From Promethearchaeota archaeon (GTDB taxonomy: Archaea > Asgardarchaeota > Lokiarchaeia > Sigyniarchaeales > SOKP01), in contig JBHLME010000085.1 of NCBI GenBank assembly GCA_048938445.1, positions 1 through 19,331 on the forward strand: a stretch of 19,331 nt of DNA, given 5' to 3'. This document shows positions 8,131 to 17,754 of the stretch, piece after piece. The notes under the pieces are model-generated. The model was not told the origin of the DNA, did not search any database, and saw nothing but the letters and a program-made list of their open reading frames with translations. The translations under genes were made by a program, and so were the position numbers. The stretch's first letter is position 1; each line of letters starts with the position of its first letter.

Positions 8131-9627
8131 ATGGAATTTGACATACATATTGAAAAAATTGGAGAGCTGGATGACATATTCGGCTTTTATAAGTATTTAG
8201 TAAAAAAATATGACTTGAAAAAGCATGCACTATTAGAATCAGCTTCAGAGAATACAAAAGAAACATTATATAGTTTTATTGCTCTGGATCCAGATTTCAT
8301 GTTAGAAATTAATGAAGAAAAATTTAAAATCTACGATATCACTACTGCCAGAGGTGAAAATATCAAGGAGTATGTCGAATCTAAAGACCCTGCTGAGGAA
8401 AGACCCCATAATCCATTACCTTTTAAGGATAACGTGGACTATAACATGGTTGCTCTAGACACTCTTAGCCATCTCACGCCTTATTCGAACCTTCCTTTCA
8501 CGGAATTATTTCCAAGAAATATATTTTATGGGGGAATGCTTGGCTATATTGGATATGATGTAGTGGCACCATATGTAGGATATAAATCCACAAGCGAGTT
8601 TCCCGATGTTCTCATGGCACTCTATACAAAAGTTTTAGTCTATTCTCATAGCTCGAATGCATTATTTATGATCGATAACAGCATTGATGACTATTCAAAA
8701 GATAAAGATATTCGTTATCAACTGAGCCTATTTAATAGAAATAATAAAAATAATGGAATGAAAGACATTCCTCTTGATATCGAAGAAGTAGATGAATCAA
8801 GTTTTAGATCTAATACTTCTAAATCCGCTCATGAACGGATGGTTGAGAAAACTAAAGAACATATTTATGCAGGTGATATAATACAAGCGGTTATTTCCCG
8901 AAGGCTATATACGGAGAGTAAAATAGACCCAATGCAGATATATGAGGTGTTAAGGACGCTTAATCCTTCCCAATACATGTATAATTTGAATTTTGATAAG
9001 ATAAAAATCATTGGTAGCAGCCCAGAAGCATTGATTTCTAAGAATAAGGATGTTCTAAATACAGTTCCAATTGCAGGAACCATACGACGAGGGAAGACTG
9101 CCGAAGAAGATTTTAAATTGGAACAAGAATTACTTAGCGATCCCAAGGAACAAGCGGAACACATCATGTTGGTCGATTTAGCGAGAAATGATCTTGCTAA
9201 AGTCTCATATCCTGGCTCTGTTGAGACTTATGAACTCATGGTAGTTCAAAAATATCAAAAAGTCCAGCATATAGTAAGTAAAGTGAGAAGCAGAACTCCT
9301 TTAGATGGATATCAGGTGTTAAAAAGCGTTTTTCCTGCCGGAACTCTGTCTGGAGCACCTAAAAAACGCGCAATGGAAATAATTCAGGATTTAGAAACAG
9401 AAAGTCGTGGTCCTTATGGCGGAGGCGTTGGATATTTTTCATTTAATGGAGACATGGCTTTTGCCATCGCAATAAGAACTTTATTTGGAAGGAATGGTAA
9501 TTATTATGCTCAAGCGGGAGGAGGAATAGTTGCTGATAGCCAGCCCCACGAGGAATATATAGAAACTTATAACAAATTATATAGCGTCTTAAAATCAATC
9601 AAAATTGCAGAGGCGAGAGAAAAATGA
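8131..9627 (+). CDS. trpE: Anthranilate synthase component I
   Basis: Motifs LLES, GGMLGYIGYD, GDIIQAVISRR, NPSQYM, GSSPE, PIAGT (anthranilate synthase type; PabB has PIKGT), EHIMLVDLARND, PAGTLSGAPK, RGPYGG, AGGGIVADS. Confidence 0.96.
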   Translation: MEFDIHIEKIGELDDIFGFYKYLVKKYDLKKHALLESASENTKETLYSFIALDPDFMLEINEEKFKIYDITTARGENIKEYVESKDPAEERPHNPLPFKDNVDYNMVALDTLSHLTPYSNLPFTELFPRNIFYGGMLGYIGYDVVAPYVGYKSTSEFPDVLMALYTKVLVYSHSSNALFMIDNSIDDYSKDKDIRYQLSLFNRNNKNNGMKDIPLDIEEVDESSFRSNTSKSAHERMVEKTKEHIYAGDIIQAVISRRLYTESKIDPMQIYEVLRTLNPSQYMYNLNFDKIKIIGSSPEALISKNKDVLNTVPIAGTIRRGKTAEEDFKLEQELLSDPKEQAEHIMLVDLARNDLAKVSYPGSVETYELMVVQKYQKVQHIVSKVRSRTPLDGYQVLKSVFPAGTLSGAPKKRAMEIIQDLETESRGPYGGGVGYFSFNGDMAFAIAIRTLFGRNGNYYAQAGGGIVADSQPHEEYIETYNKLYSVLKSIKIAEAREK

Positions 9628-10217
9628 AAATCCTATTTATCAATAATTATGACAGTTTTGTCTATAATCTTGTTAATTACATCTGCCAATTACAACCTGA
9701 TGCGGAAATTATTGTCGAAGATAACCATATTGCTGTGGATAAAGTTAAAGAAATGAATGTTGACAAGATAATTATTTCTCCCGGTCCAGGACATCCAAAA
9801 TATGACACGGGTACAGTGATTCCAATAATCAAGGAGTTCTACTCAAAAGTTCCCATATTAGGTATCTGTTTAGGTCATCAAGCGATCGTGGAAGCCATTG
9901 GTGAAGATGAACAAGTTGAATACGTTAGTCGTGCTAAAGTAGGGCCCATGCATGGAAAGGAATCTAAGATATTTCATGATCAGGAAACTATATTTAAGGA
10001 CATTCCTAATCCATTACAAGTGATAAGATATCATTCATTAGCAGCGAAAGGTGATATTCTTCCTAAAGATCTTAAAATAACTGCAACTGCAGATGATGGT
10101 ACGATAATGGCCATACGCCATAAAAAATTTCCTATTGAAGGTGTTCAATTTCACCCAGAATCTATAAAAATGAAACCTGATGGAATGAAGATATTGAAGA
10201 ATTTCTTAGAATTATAG
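9624..10217 (+). CDS. trpG: Anthranilate synthase component II (class I glutamine amidotransferase)
   Basis: Motifs NNYDSFVYNL, ISPGPGHP, GICLGHQ, RYHSL, GVQFHPES. ATGA overlap with trpE. Confidence 0.97.
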   Translation: MKILFINNYDSFVYNLVNYICQLQPDAEIIVEDNHIAVDKVKEMNVDKIIISPGPGHPKYDTGTVIPIIKEFYSKVPILGICLGHQAIVEAIGEDEQVEYVSRAKVGPMHGKESKIFHDQETIFKDIPNPLQVIRYHSLAAKGDILPKDLKITATADDGTIMAIRHKKFPIEGVQFHPESIKMKPDGMKILKNFLEL

Positions 10218-10228
10218 GAATTAAAGCA

Positions 10229-10927
10229 ATGAAAGATAAAATCAACTTGGATAAAGTTGCATTAATCGGGAGGAGATTTAAAGAATATTATAAGATCTTC
10301 AGATTGAGTGATTTTAATTCAAATTATATCAAGATCTTAGATGTAGGTTCTGGAGTCAGCTCATTTTGTGCTGAAGCACAAAAGTTTGGAATGAATGTAA
10401 CAGCAATAGATCCTATTTATGAATATGATGCTCATCAACTTGAAGAAAAGTGTGCAAAGGATTTAGACTTAGTAATTAAGGAGCTTAATGGCGTTGAGCA
10501 CTTATATATTTGGAATATATTCAAGACTAAAGAAGATTTGAAGGATCAACGAAAAGAAGCTTATAAAATATTTATTCACCACTACAAAAATAATAGAAAA
10601 AAGTTCTATATATCTGAAACCTTGCCAAAAACTTCATTTGAAAACAAACAATTCGATGTTATAATATCATCTCATCTTTTATTTCTTTACGACCACTTGT
10701 TTGACTACTCGTTTCATGAAGATGCAATCAAGGAGATGTTAAGGATAGCTTCAAGAGAAATCCGGTTATTTCCTCTCGTCAATCTATATGGTAAGAGCTC
10801 CAGGCGTCTTGATGGTATCTTAGAATATTTAGATCTCAATGATATTGAATGGTTTATTGAAAAAGTTGATTATGAATTCATTCGAGGTGGAAATGAAATG
10901 ATGAGGATTATAAAAAATAGTGTATAA
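10229..10927 (+). CDS. Class I SAM-dependent methyltransferase (copy 1)
   Basis: ILDVGSGVSSF motif I, AIDPIY, FDVIISSHLLFLY, EMLRIA, EIRLFP, YEFIRGGN. Starts 11 nt after the trpG stop. Confidence 0.9.
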   Translation: MKDKINLDKVALIGRRFKEYYKIFRLSDFNSNYIKILDVGSGVSSFCAEAQKFGMNVTAIDPIYEYDAHQLEEKCAKDLDLVIKELNGVEHLYIWNIFKTKEDLKDQRKEAYKIFIHHYKNNRKKFYISETLPKTSFENKQFDVIISSHLLFLYDHLFDYSFHEDAIKEMLRIASREIRLFPLVNLYGKSSRRLDGILEYLDLNDIEWFIEKVDYEFIRGGNEMMRIIKNSV

Positions 10928-10940
10928 AAATTGGCTGATT

Positions 10941-11423
10941 CTAAATCTTATTTAGTGTTTTTTTTACCTCTTCAATTGACATCTGTGTTTTCTCAGCTAT
11001 TTCCTCTTCATTAAGACCTGCTTTCGCTAATCTCAAAATAACTTGATATATTGGTTCAGCTACTTCAATAATATAGCCATCAGGATCAAAAAATCTAAAA
11101 TTTCGCTGTCCCCAGGATTCCTCATTTAATCCGTGAATCAGGTCTATTGATTTATCAATTAATTTTTTCCAGATCTCTTCTAAATTAGTTGTTTCAAAGT
11201 ACAATTCAAGAGATTTAGGTTTAATTGAAGGAAATCTTTTCTCAGAGTTAAAAATAATTTTTTCAGCGGTTTTTGTTTGCCAAATAGAAATAGAATCTTT
11301 AAAGACTATGTTTTCTCCAAAATCATTTTCAATTTCCAAGGAAAGTGTATCTTGGTAAAATTTCTTAGAAACTGAGATGTCTTTCACCATTAGAACTGGC
11401 ATTTGAAAATTGATTGTTATCAT
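10941..11423 (-). CDS. VOC / glyoxalase-bleomycin resistance family protein with a short C-terminal helical tail
   Basis: VKDISVSKKFY, ELYFE, EESWGQRNFRFFDPDGYIIEV. Confidence 0.92.
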   Translation of the reverse strand: MITINFQMPVLMVKDISVSKKFYQDTLSLEIENDFGENIVFKDSISIWQTKTAEKIIFNSEKRFPSIKPKSLELYFETTNLEEIWKKLIDKSIDLIHGLNEESWGQRNFRFFDPDGYIIEVAEPIYQVILRLAKAGLNEEEIAEKTQMSIEEVKKTLNKI

Positions 11424-11545
11424 AATCTTTGAAAGGGTAGTATGGTATTTAAACAGTAAACCATCCTAATATTATTAATGTTTCAGACTTTCATCTTTAA
11501 AATACAAATTCACAGATTATTCTCCCAGTGTCCTATATGCGGAGA

Positions 11546-13042
11546 TTAATCTCTAACTTTAGAGAAAGTAATAAACTTCTTTTTGTCTTTTTTACACATA
11601 TATTCAATACTATCTCTACCTCCTTGTGCCGCACCAGATACACCTGTATTCCCTACCCATTGACCAATCATGAAAAAGTTTTTAAGCTTGGGCAATGTTC
11701 TCGATATTTTTACAGAAAAGGGATTAGCCCAGCCCATATAGGAGCCTTTCCAGTTATTTGTATAGCGAACAATCGTCAAAGGGGTTGCTATATCGATAAC
11801 TTCGATTTTATCTTTTATGCCAGGTATAATCTTCTCAAGTTGAGAAATAACAGCTCTTTCCACTTTTTTTTTTTCTTGTTGATAACTTACTCTATCATGA
11901 TAAAATTTTTCCCAATTTTCATAATTGCAACTAAAACCAACAACGAGGGTAGTTTTACCTTTAGGAGAGAATGTTGGATCAAAAGCATAATTTTTAAGGC
12001 TAAAGAATCTATGTTTTTTTCCAGCTATTTCAATTGGTTCGTCAAGTTTATAAAAATTATAAATTGAGTTATTAAGATTGGAATTCCTTGATAAGTCCAT
12101 ATCTACACCAATTGATACCTGTAAATAAGTAGGGAAAGTAGGTTGATTTTCGTAACAATCTTTAATTTTTTTATTAATAAATTTACCATCTAACATTTTG
12201 AAGATAGTGCTATAGCCGTCTGCTGCTGAAATAACTATATCTGCTTTAATTTCTTTACCATTCTCTAATCTTACACCCACAGCTTCATTATTTTTCACTA
12301 AAATCTTTTCAATTTTTGAATTATAATGAATTCTACCACCTAATTTAATATAATTCTGTTCTATACTCTTAGAGAAATTCAGAGAACCTCCTTCTGGGAA
12401 TCCACAACCTTGAGTTGCAATCATGAAAGGAATACCAAAAAACTGATCAAATTCAGTATCTGCCATTAGAGCTATTATAGCTTGCCTTAGAATAGGATTA
12501 TTAAACTTAGCTGCAAATTTATCTATCTTCATTCTCGCATATTTTATAAAGAATTTCATAAAGGGAATGAAACTCTTTACTATTTTAAGCTTATCAATTA
12601 CACCAGATAGTTCTTTAGCTTTTGTTAAAGGCATATTAAATAGTGAATATGCTTTTCTTATAGTATATACTAACTCGTCTATCATTTCACTATCTTCCGG
12701 AGCTATCTCTTTTAAATGTTTAGCTAATTTGTCAGGATCACAATAAAAATTAACAACCTGCCCATTTGAGAATAATCTTACAGAAACATCTTTATAATAG
12801 ATTTTCTTATCTTGAATAACACCTAATTCTTGCCAAATACTATGGAATGGTGAATTGGGAGAAGTCCCTTCCAGCCAATGTATGCAAACATCAAAGGTAT
12901 ATCCCTCTCTTTTCCATGCAGTGCAGAGACCTCCAGGAAGAGTATGCATTTCAAAAATATCAACATCATATCCATTTATTCTCGCATAGCAACCAGCTGA
13001 TAGCCCGGCAATACCACCACCAATTATAACTATTTTTTTCAT
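11546..13042 (-). CDS. FAD-dependent oxidoreductase, phytoene dehydrogenase-like (COG1233 type)
   Basis: N-terminal IIGGGIAGLSA dinucleotide fold, PGGLCTAWKREGYTFD, ADIVISAAD, IATPLT, NFFMIGQW. Confidence 0.9.
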   Translation of the reverse strand: MKKIVIIGGGIAGLSAGCYARINGYDVDIFEMHTLPGGLCTAWKREGYTFDVCIHWLEGTSPNSPFHSIWQELGVIQDKKIYYKDVSVRLFSNGQVVNFYCDPDKLAKHLKEIAPEDSEMIDELVYTIRKAYSLFNMPLTKAKELSGVIDKLKIVKSFIPFMKFFIKYARMKIDKFAAKFNNPILRQAIIALMADTEFDQFFGIPFMIATQGCGFPEGGSLNFSKSIEQNYIKLGGRIHYNSKIEKILVKNNEAVGVRLENGKEIKADIVISAADGYSTIFKMLDGKFINKKIKDCYENQPTFPTYLQVSIGVDMDLSRNSNLNNSIYNFYKLDEPIEIAGKKHRFFSLKNYAFDPTFSPKGKTTLVVGFSCNYENWEKFYHDRVSYQQEKKKVERAVISQLEKIIPGIKDKIEVIDIATPLTIVRYTNNWKGSYMGWANPFSVKISRTLPKLKNFFMIGQWVGNTGVSGAAQGGRDSIEYMCKKDKKKFITFSKVRD

Positions 13043-13407
13043 TAATATCTTGCTCCCTCTTGGGTGAATTTATTTTATTATAATTTTATCATTAAAGATC
13101 TAATTCATATTACTTTCATATTAGAAAATAGAAAGAAGTCATTAATAAAAAAAATGGAGTCCAATGACTAATAAAAATTGTTGGATCTATATAGTGAAAA
13201 ATAAAACCATTATACTTTTTTTAGTTATTTTTTTGATTAATTTATAGTAAGTTTCTTGATCTGGATAGAAATCAAGAGAAAGAATGACAACTTATTATAA
13301 AAAAATCGATGATGAATTCTATGGCTAGTTTAAAGTATTATATTAAAGTAAATATGATATAACAATATATTAATGTGGATCTTTTTTAACAAAAAATCTT
13401 TAGTGTA

Positions 13408-14196
13408 TTAAAGAATTTCGAGCATTACTTGAATGAATTTTAATAATCCTTTCGCTGAAAAAGGTTTGGGTAAAAATGCATCTGCTCCTAATTTTCGACC
13501 TTTTTGAACATCTTCATTATTATTACAAATTGTAAAAAGTACGACAGGAGTATCTTTATATTTATTTGTAGTTTTTAATTCTTTTAAAGTGTCATGACCA
13601 TTCAATACAGGCATCCTGACATCAAGAAGTATGAGGTCAATCTTATCATGCATTATTTCCATGGTCTCTAATAATTCCTTCCCATTACTACAAGTTACTG
13701 TGTTATATCCTCCCAAAATTAGGATTTTTTCAGCAAGATAAACAACATCACTTTCGTCATCACAAATCAAGATTGTCTGACATTCGTTGAGAACATTCTT
13801 AGATTGTTCTTGAACAAATTTCAATAACTTTTTACCAGAAAAAGGTCTCATTAGATATCCATCCGCGCCTAACTCTCGACCTTTTTTAATATCTTCATTA
13901 AAGTCTTTAACAGTGAATAAGATTACAAGGATGTTCTTGAATTTCTCATTACTTTTAATTTCACGCAATATATCATAACCACTTTTTCCGGGCATCATGA
14001 TGTCGAGTAAAACTAAACCAATTTCCTCGTGTTTTTCTTCAATTATTTTTAACGCTTCCTTTCCATTAATACAAGTAATTGTCTTAAATTTGCTTAAATT
14101 TAAAAATTTCTCAGTTAAATTAACAATATCAGGATCATCATCCACAATTAGGATTGATTTCTTCATAATACTACTTTCATTATCCTGTTTTATCAT
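13408..14196 (-). CDS. Response regulator with two tandem receiver domains and no output domain
   Basis: REC1: ILIVDDD...LLDIMMP...FT...GADGYLMRPF. REC2: ILICDDE...LLDVRMP...FT...GADAFLPKPF. Confidence 0.93.
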   Translation of the reverse strand: MIKQDNESSIMKKSILIVDDDPDIVNLTEKFLNLSKFKTITCINGKEALKIIEEKHEEIGLVLLDIMMPGKSGYDILREIKSNEKFKNILVILFTVKDFNEDIKKGRELGADGYLMRPFSGKKLLKFVQEQSKNVLNECQTILICDDESDVVYLAEKILILGGYNTVTCSNGKELLETMEIMHDKIDLILLDVRMPVLNGHDTLKELKTTNKYKDTPVVLFTICNNNEDVQKGRKLGADAFLPKPFSAKGLLKFIQVMLEIL

Positions 14197-14388
14197 TTCA
14201 AACCAAAACCCTTAATATTTCAAGAGTATACGTTAATTTTAATTAAATATATATTATATGTCTTTTATCCCATTAAAAATTATGTGGTATAATTACATAT
14301 AAAGATATTTTGATTTTTAAAGTCATTTTATCATAACGATAACTTGTACCATGTTAAAACAAATAATCATAGGTTACTCGGTATTGAT

Positions 14389-14790
14389 GTTATTCCAATA
14401 ATCAAGGAATTCTGCTCAAAAGTTCCCATATTAGGGATTTATTTGGATCATCAAGCGATTGTGGAAACATTCGGTGAAGATGAGCAAGTAGAACATATTG
14501 GTCGTGCTAAAGTAAGTCCCATACATAGAAAGCAATCTAAGATATTCCTTAATCAGGAAACCATATTTAAGGATATACCAAAACCATTACAATTCATAAG
14601 ATATCATTCCTTTGCTGCCAAGTCTGATATTCTGCCTCAATATCTAAAGATCAGCGCTACAGCAGATGATGGAGTGATAATGGGAGTGCGTCATAAGCAT
14701 TATCCCGTTGAAGTACTTCAATACCACCCCGAATCCATTAAGATGAAACCACATGGAATGATAATATTAAAAAGTTTCTAGGATTTATAA
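14389..14790 (+). pseudogene. trpG: 5'-truncated, degenerate trpG copy 2
   Basis: Collinear with 9816-10217 at a constant offset of 4573 with no net indel. Lacks the N-terminal 64 codons. Catalytic GICLGHQ has become GIYLDHQ. Premature TAG at 14779-14781, three codons before the ancestral stop position (TAA 14788-14790). Confidence 0.92.
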
Positions 14791-14838
14791 ATTCAACGCT
14801 TTTTCAGCTATAATCGTTTGGTTCTTGTTGAAATACCT

Positions 14839-15570
14839 CTAATAAAATGGGACATATCCAAAAATAGCTAACACTACAAGATAGCATGTAATTCCTAGCA
14901 TTAGAATCCAGAGAGTATTGTTGAAAAGTACATGAGGTACTTTTTTCTTGTATTGTTTAACTTTTTCTACTCCAAATGTTTTTTCAAGGTTTAACACAGA
15001 TTCAATCCATCCACTTAACCAATGAGAATAATAGAATATGGGCGTAAAAACTAGGCTATATACTGCTCCGAGGATTAAAGCCATTCCAATATATATTAAC
15101 AACAAACAAGTGTATATCGGATTCCTAACTTTCCCCCAATAACTGGTATCTATAATCTCTTTTGATTCAAAGTGTTGAAAACTTATAATCTTTAAAACCT
15201 TGTATGCTGCTATTATTAAAATAACACTTCCTAAAATTGTAAATCCAAATCCAATTATGCTTAAAATTAATCCTGGAAAGATACCAATATTAATGAATGG
15301 TTCAATAAGCATCTGGTTAGAGGGGGTTAAAAACATCCCAAGAGAGCCATATATTCTAGGTTGGATCGTAAAATGAATTGCAAAAACTAGAAATATACCA
15401 AAAACTGCTCCCATATTATTGATTATTTTAAAAAAAAGTAAATGTTTTTTAGGATTTCGTTGATGATATATGATAATAATACTATATATACCAATAAATG
15501 AGAAATATAAGAACAACCAAGCAATTGGATTGAATAAAAGGTTTAAAAACATATCCAGGAGTAAATTCAT
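14839..15570 (-). CDS. Membrane protein, phospholipid/isoprenylcysteine methyltransferase (PEMT/ICMT)-like
   Basis: Multiple TM segments and YWGKVRNPIY resembling the RHPxY motif, plus a C-terminal YKKKVP. ATG at 15570 is preferred over TTG at 15582. Confidence 0.75.
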   Translation of the reverse strand: MNLLLDMFLNLLFNPIAWLFLYFSFIGIYSIIIIYHQRNPKKHLLFFKIINNMGAVFGIFLVFAIHFTIQPRIYGSLGMFLTPSNQMLIEPFINIGIFPGLILSIIGFGFTILGSVILIIAAYKVLKIISFQHFESKEIIDTSYWGKVRNPIYTCLLLIYIGMALILGAVYSLVFTPIFYYSHWLSGWIESVLNLEKTFGVEKVKQYKKKVPHVLFNNTLWILMLGITCYLVVLAIFGYVPFY

Positions 15571-15671
15571 AATAAATACCAAAAAAATATAATTTTTTTG
15601 TTACTAGTATATGCAATTGTGAGAATTTATTTATTATATAATAATTTTAAATTTGATATTATGAGATGTAA

Positions 15672-16367
15672 ATGAAAGATAGAATAAATCTTGATAAAGC
15701 TGCATTGATTGGTAGGACATTCGAAGAATATTATAAGATCTTCAGATTAAGCGTTTTTAATTCAAATCAAATTAAAATCTTGGATGTAGGGTCAGGTGTT
15801 AGTTCTTTTTGTGCAGAAGCGTGTGAAAAAGGAATGAATGTAATTGCAATGGACCCTATCTATAACTTCGACCCTATTGAGCTACAGATGAAATGTGAAA
15901 TGGATTTAGAGCACGTTATTAACGAACTTGATGGCGTTGAACATTTATATATCTGGGATATTTTTCACGATAAAAATGATTTGAAAGAACAAAGAGAAAG
16001 AGCATATAAAACCTTTCTCAAGCATTATCAACACCATAAAGGGGAACGATATATTGCTGAAAAGATGCCAAAAACATCATTTAGGAATGCACAATTTGAT
16101 GCCATCATCTCATCTCATTTATTTTTCTTGTACGATCATATTTTTGACTATCGATTTTATGAAGATGCGATTAAGGAAATGCTCAGGATTGTTTTAAAGG
16201 AAATTCGCATATTTCCTCTTGTCAGTCTAAATGGTAAGAGATCCAAATATTTTGATAATTTTTTGGAATACCTTAACCTTCAGAATGTTAAGATTTCAAT
16301 TGAAAAGGTTGATTATGAATTCATTCGAGGAGGAAATGAGTTTTTAAGGATTAAAAAAATGAAATAG
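15672..16367 (+). CDS. Class I SAM-dependent methyltransferase (copy 2, paralog of 10229-10927)
   Basis: Same motifs as copy 1; 53 of the first 64 residues are identical by manual alignment. Confidence 0.9.
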   Translation: MKDRINLDKAALIGRTFEEYYKIFRLSVFNSNQIKILDVGSGVSSFCAEACEKGMNVIAMDPIYNFDPIELQMKCEMDLEHVINELDGVEHLYIWDIFHDKNDLKEQRERAYKTFLKHYQHHKGERYIAEKMPKTSFRNAQFDAIISSHLFFLYDHIFDYRFYEDAIKEMLRIVLKEIRIFPLVSLNGKRSKYFDNFLEYLNLQNVKISIEKVDYEFIRGGNEFLRIKKMK

Positions 16368-16413
16368 TTTTTATACAATTACTTTAAAAGAATCTAAATA
16401 TCAGACAAATAAA

Positions 16414-17241
16414 TTAATTGATTTTTGTTTTCTGAACTATTATCAGGTTTAGGACCGCAGTAAAGACCATTGTAAAAATCGAAGTAAGGAACATCGACCA
16501 ATAAATATCTAGATTAACGGTCTGGAAAAATGGTTCTATCAAAAATTCCAAAGAAAGTCCTAAATAAGCTATGGTAGGTAAAACCCAAAACAACTTTTTT
16601 TCACCTATCTCTTCATTTTCTTGGAATTTATAAAGATATAACGCATAAACTTGGTATATTAGATATACGGTAAGGTACCATCCAAAATAATTTGATATGG
16701 GAACACCCCAATAGTTACCACCATCTTCCCAAACCCAAGCATGATCGACATTCGCTCTTATTGGGTCAAAACAAAAGTCCCACATTGTCATAATAAAACC
16801 GGCGATAAAAGGGATAATAAATAAATTCTTTTTTTCAATACCTTTTCCAAAACTACCTAAAAAAGTTGAACTAATGGTCCATGCTAAATATCCAGTCATA
16901 AAATATGCTGGCATTATTAACAATGGAACAAGCCATAGTTTGGGTCCCAGCACATCGGTATAATAATAATTACCAAAAGGAAAACCTGTTAAAATGCTGA
17001 GAGTTTCGGTTGTCCATGAAATTATAAATGTAATAATAAAAAAGATTATCATATTTTTTCCTCCATATCGCAGCACTCCATGAATTATAATAAATATAAG
17101 TGGAATAAAACCCATTATAACTCCGATTATTCCTAAGTTATAAAAACCTATAAAAGGGTAAATTTCCGCAGATACTAGATACATAATTAGGATGATGATC
17201 AATAAAACTTCCGTTCTTTTTAAGTTAATAATAATTTTCAT
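16414..17241 (-). CDS. Carotenoid biosynthesis protein family (CruF/DUF422-like) membrane protein
   Basis: TGFPFGNYYYTDVLGPKLWLVPL, MTMWDFCFDP, WVWEDGGNYWGVPISNYFGW; multiple TM helices. Confidence 0.85.
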   Translation of the reverse strand: MKIIINLKRTEVLLIIILIMYLVSAEIYPFIGFYNLGIIGVIMGFIPLIFIIIHGVLRYGGKNMIIFFIITFIISWTTETLSILTGFPFGNYYYTDVLGPKLWLVPLLIMPAYFMTGYLAWTISSTFLGSFGKGIEKKNLFIIPFIAGFIMTMWDFCFDPIRANVDHAWVWEDGGNYWGVPISNYFGWYLTVYLIYQVYALYLYKFQENEEIGEKKLFWVLPTIAYLGLSLEFLIEPFFQTVNLDIYWSMFLTSIFTMVFTAVLNLIIVQKTKIN

Positions 17242-17312
17242 TTCTAATCATTTTCCTCGTATATTGTATAGTATTTGAATATGATTACTACTTCTTTTAA
17301 AATGATTTGTAT

Positions 17313-17690
17313 CTATTTTTTCTTATTAAGTTGTTCTTTAACTCTAAATTCTACAATTCTTTCCACTAAATCAAAAGGAATAGTTTTATTTAGTGGAAAT
17401 TGAACAGAACCTTTTGCTGATTTATATTGGGATAATTCTTTCTTGAAATTTTCGATACCTGAGGGGGTTGGATAAAATCCAATATGTTTTTCATAAGCCG
17501 CGAAATGGACTAAGTTTTTACCATTTAACTTAAAGGTAGGAATTTGATAACTAATTACTTCTTGCGCTTCTGGGGCAATATTTCGAATAATTTTTCTGAT
17601 TTTTTTTAGGATATTTTGAGTTTTTTCTGGGAAAGATTCAATATATTCATCAATATTATCAAATTTCTTTTTTTCAGACATATAAGTCAT
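17313..17690 (-). CDS. DUF1801 / YdhG-like protein
   Basis: IDEYI, APEAQEVISYQIPTF, LVHFAAYEKHIGFYP, KGSVQFP. Confidence 0.92.
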   Translation of the reverse strand: MTYMSEKKKFDNIDEYIESFPEKTQNILKKIRKIIRNIAPEAQEVISYQIPTFKLNGKNLVHFAAYEKHIGFYPTPSGIENFKKELSQYKSAKGSVQFPLNKTIPFDLVERIVEFRVKEQLNKKK

Positions 17691-17754
17691 CTAAATTTAG
17701 TATTGGTTTTGAAGTGCTTTTTAAAAGTCTTAAGGATCAAAATCTTCTTTTATT

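Noticed and set aside
11528-12067. 179-aa plus-strand ORF
   Set aside because: Antisense shadow of the well-supported oxidoreductase, with no recognisable motifs.
13137-13277. Short inverted repeats AGTCATT/AATGACT and TCTTGAT/ATCAAGA in the intergenic gap
   Set aside because: Only 7-bp arms with long loops in very AT-rich DNA, which cannot be distinguished from chance.
14344-14781. ORF-track 145-aa protein as a functional PabA/TrpG paralog
   Set aside because: N-terminal NYDSF and SPGPG motifs are missing, the catalytic Cys is Tyr, there is a premature stop, and the first 15 codons are non-homologous.
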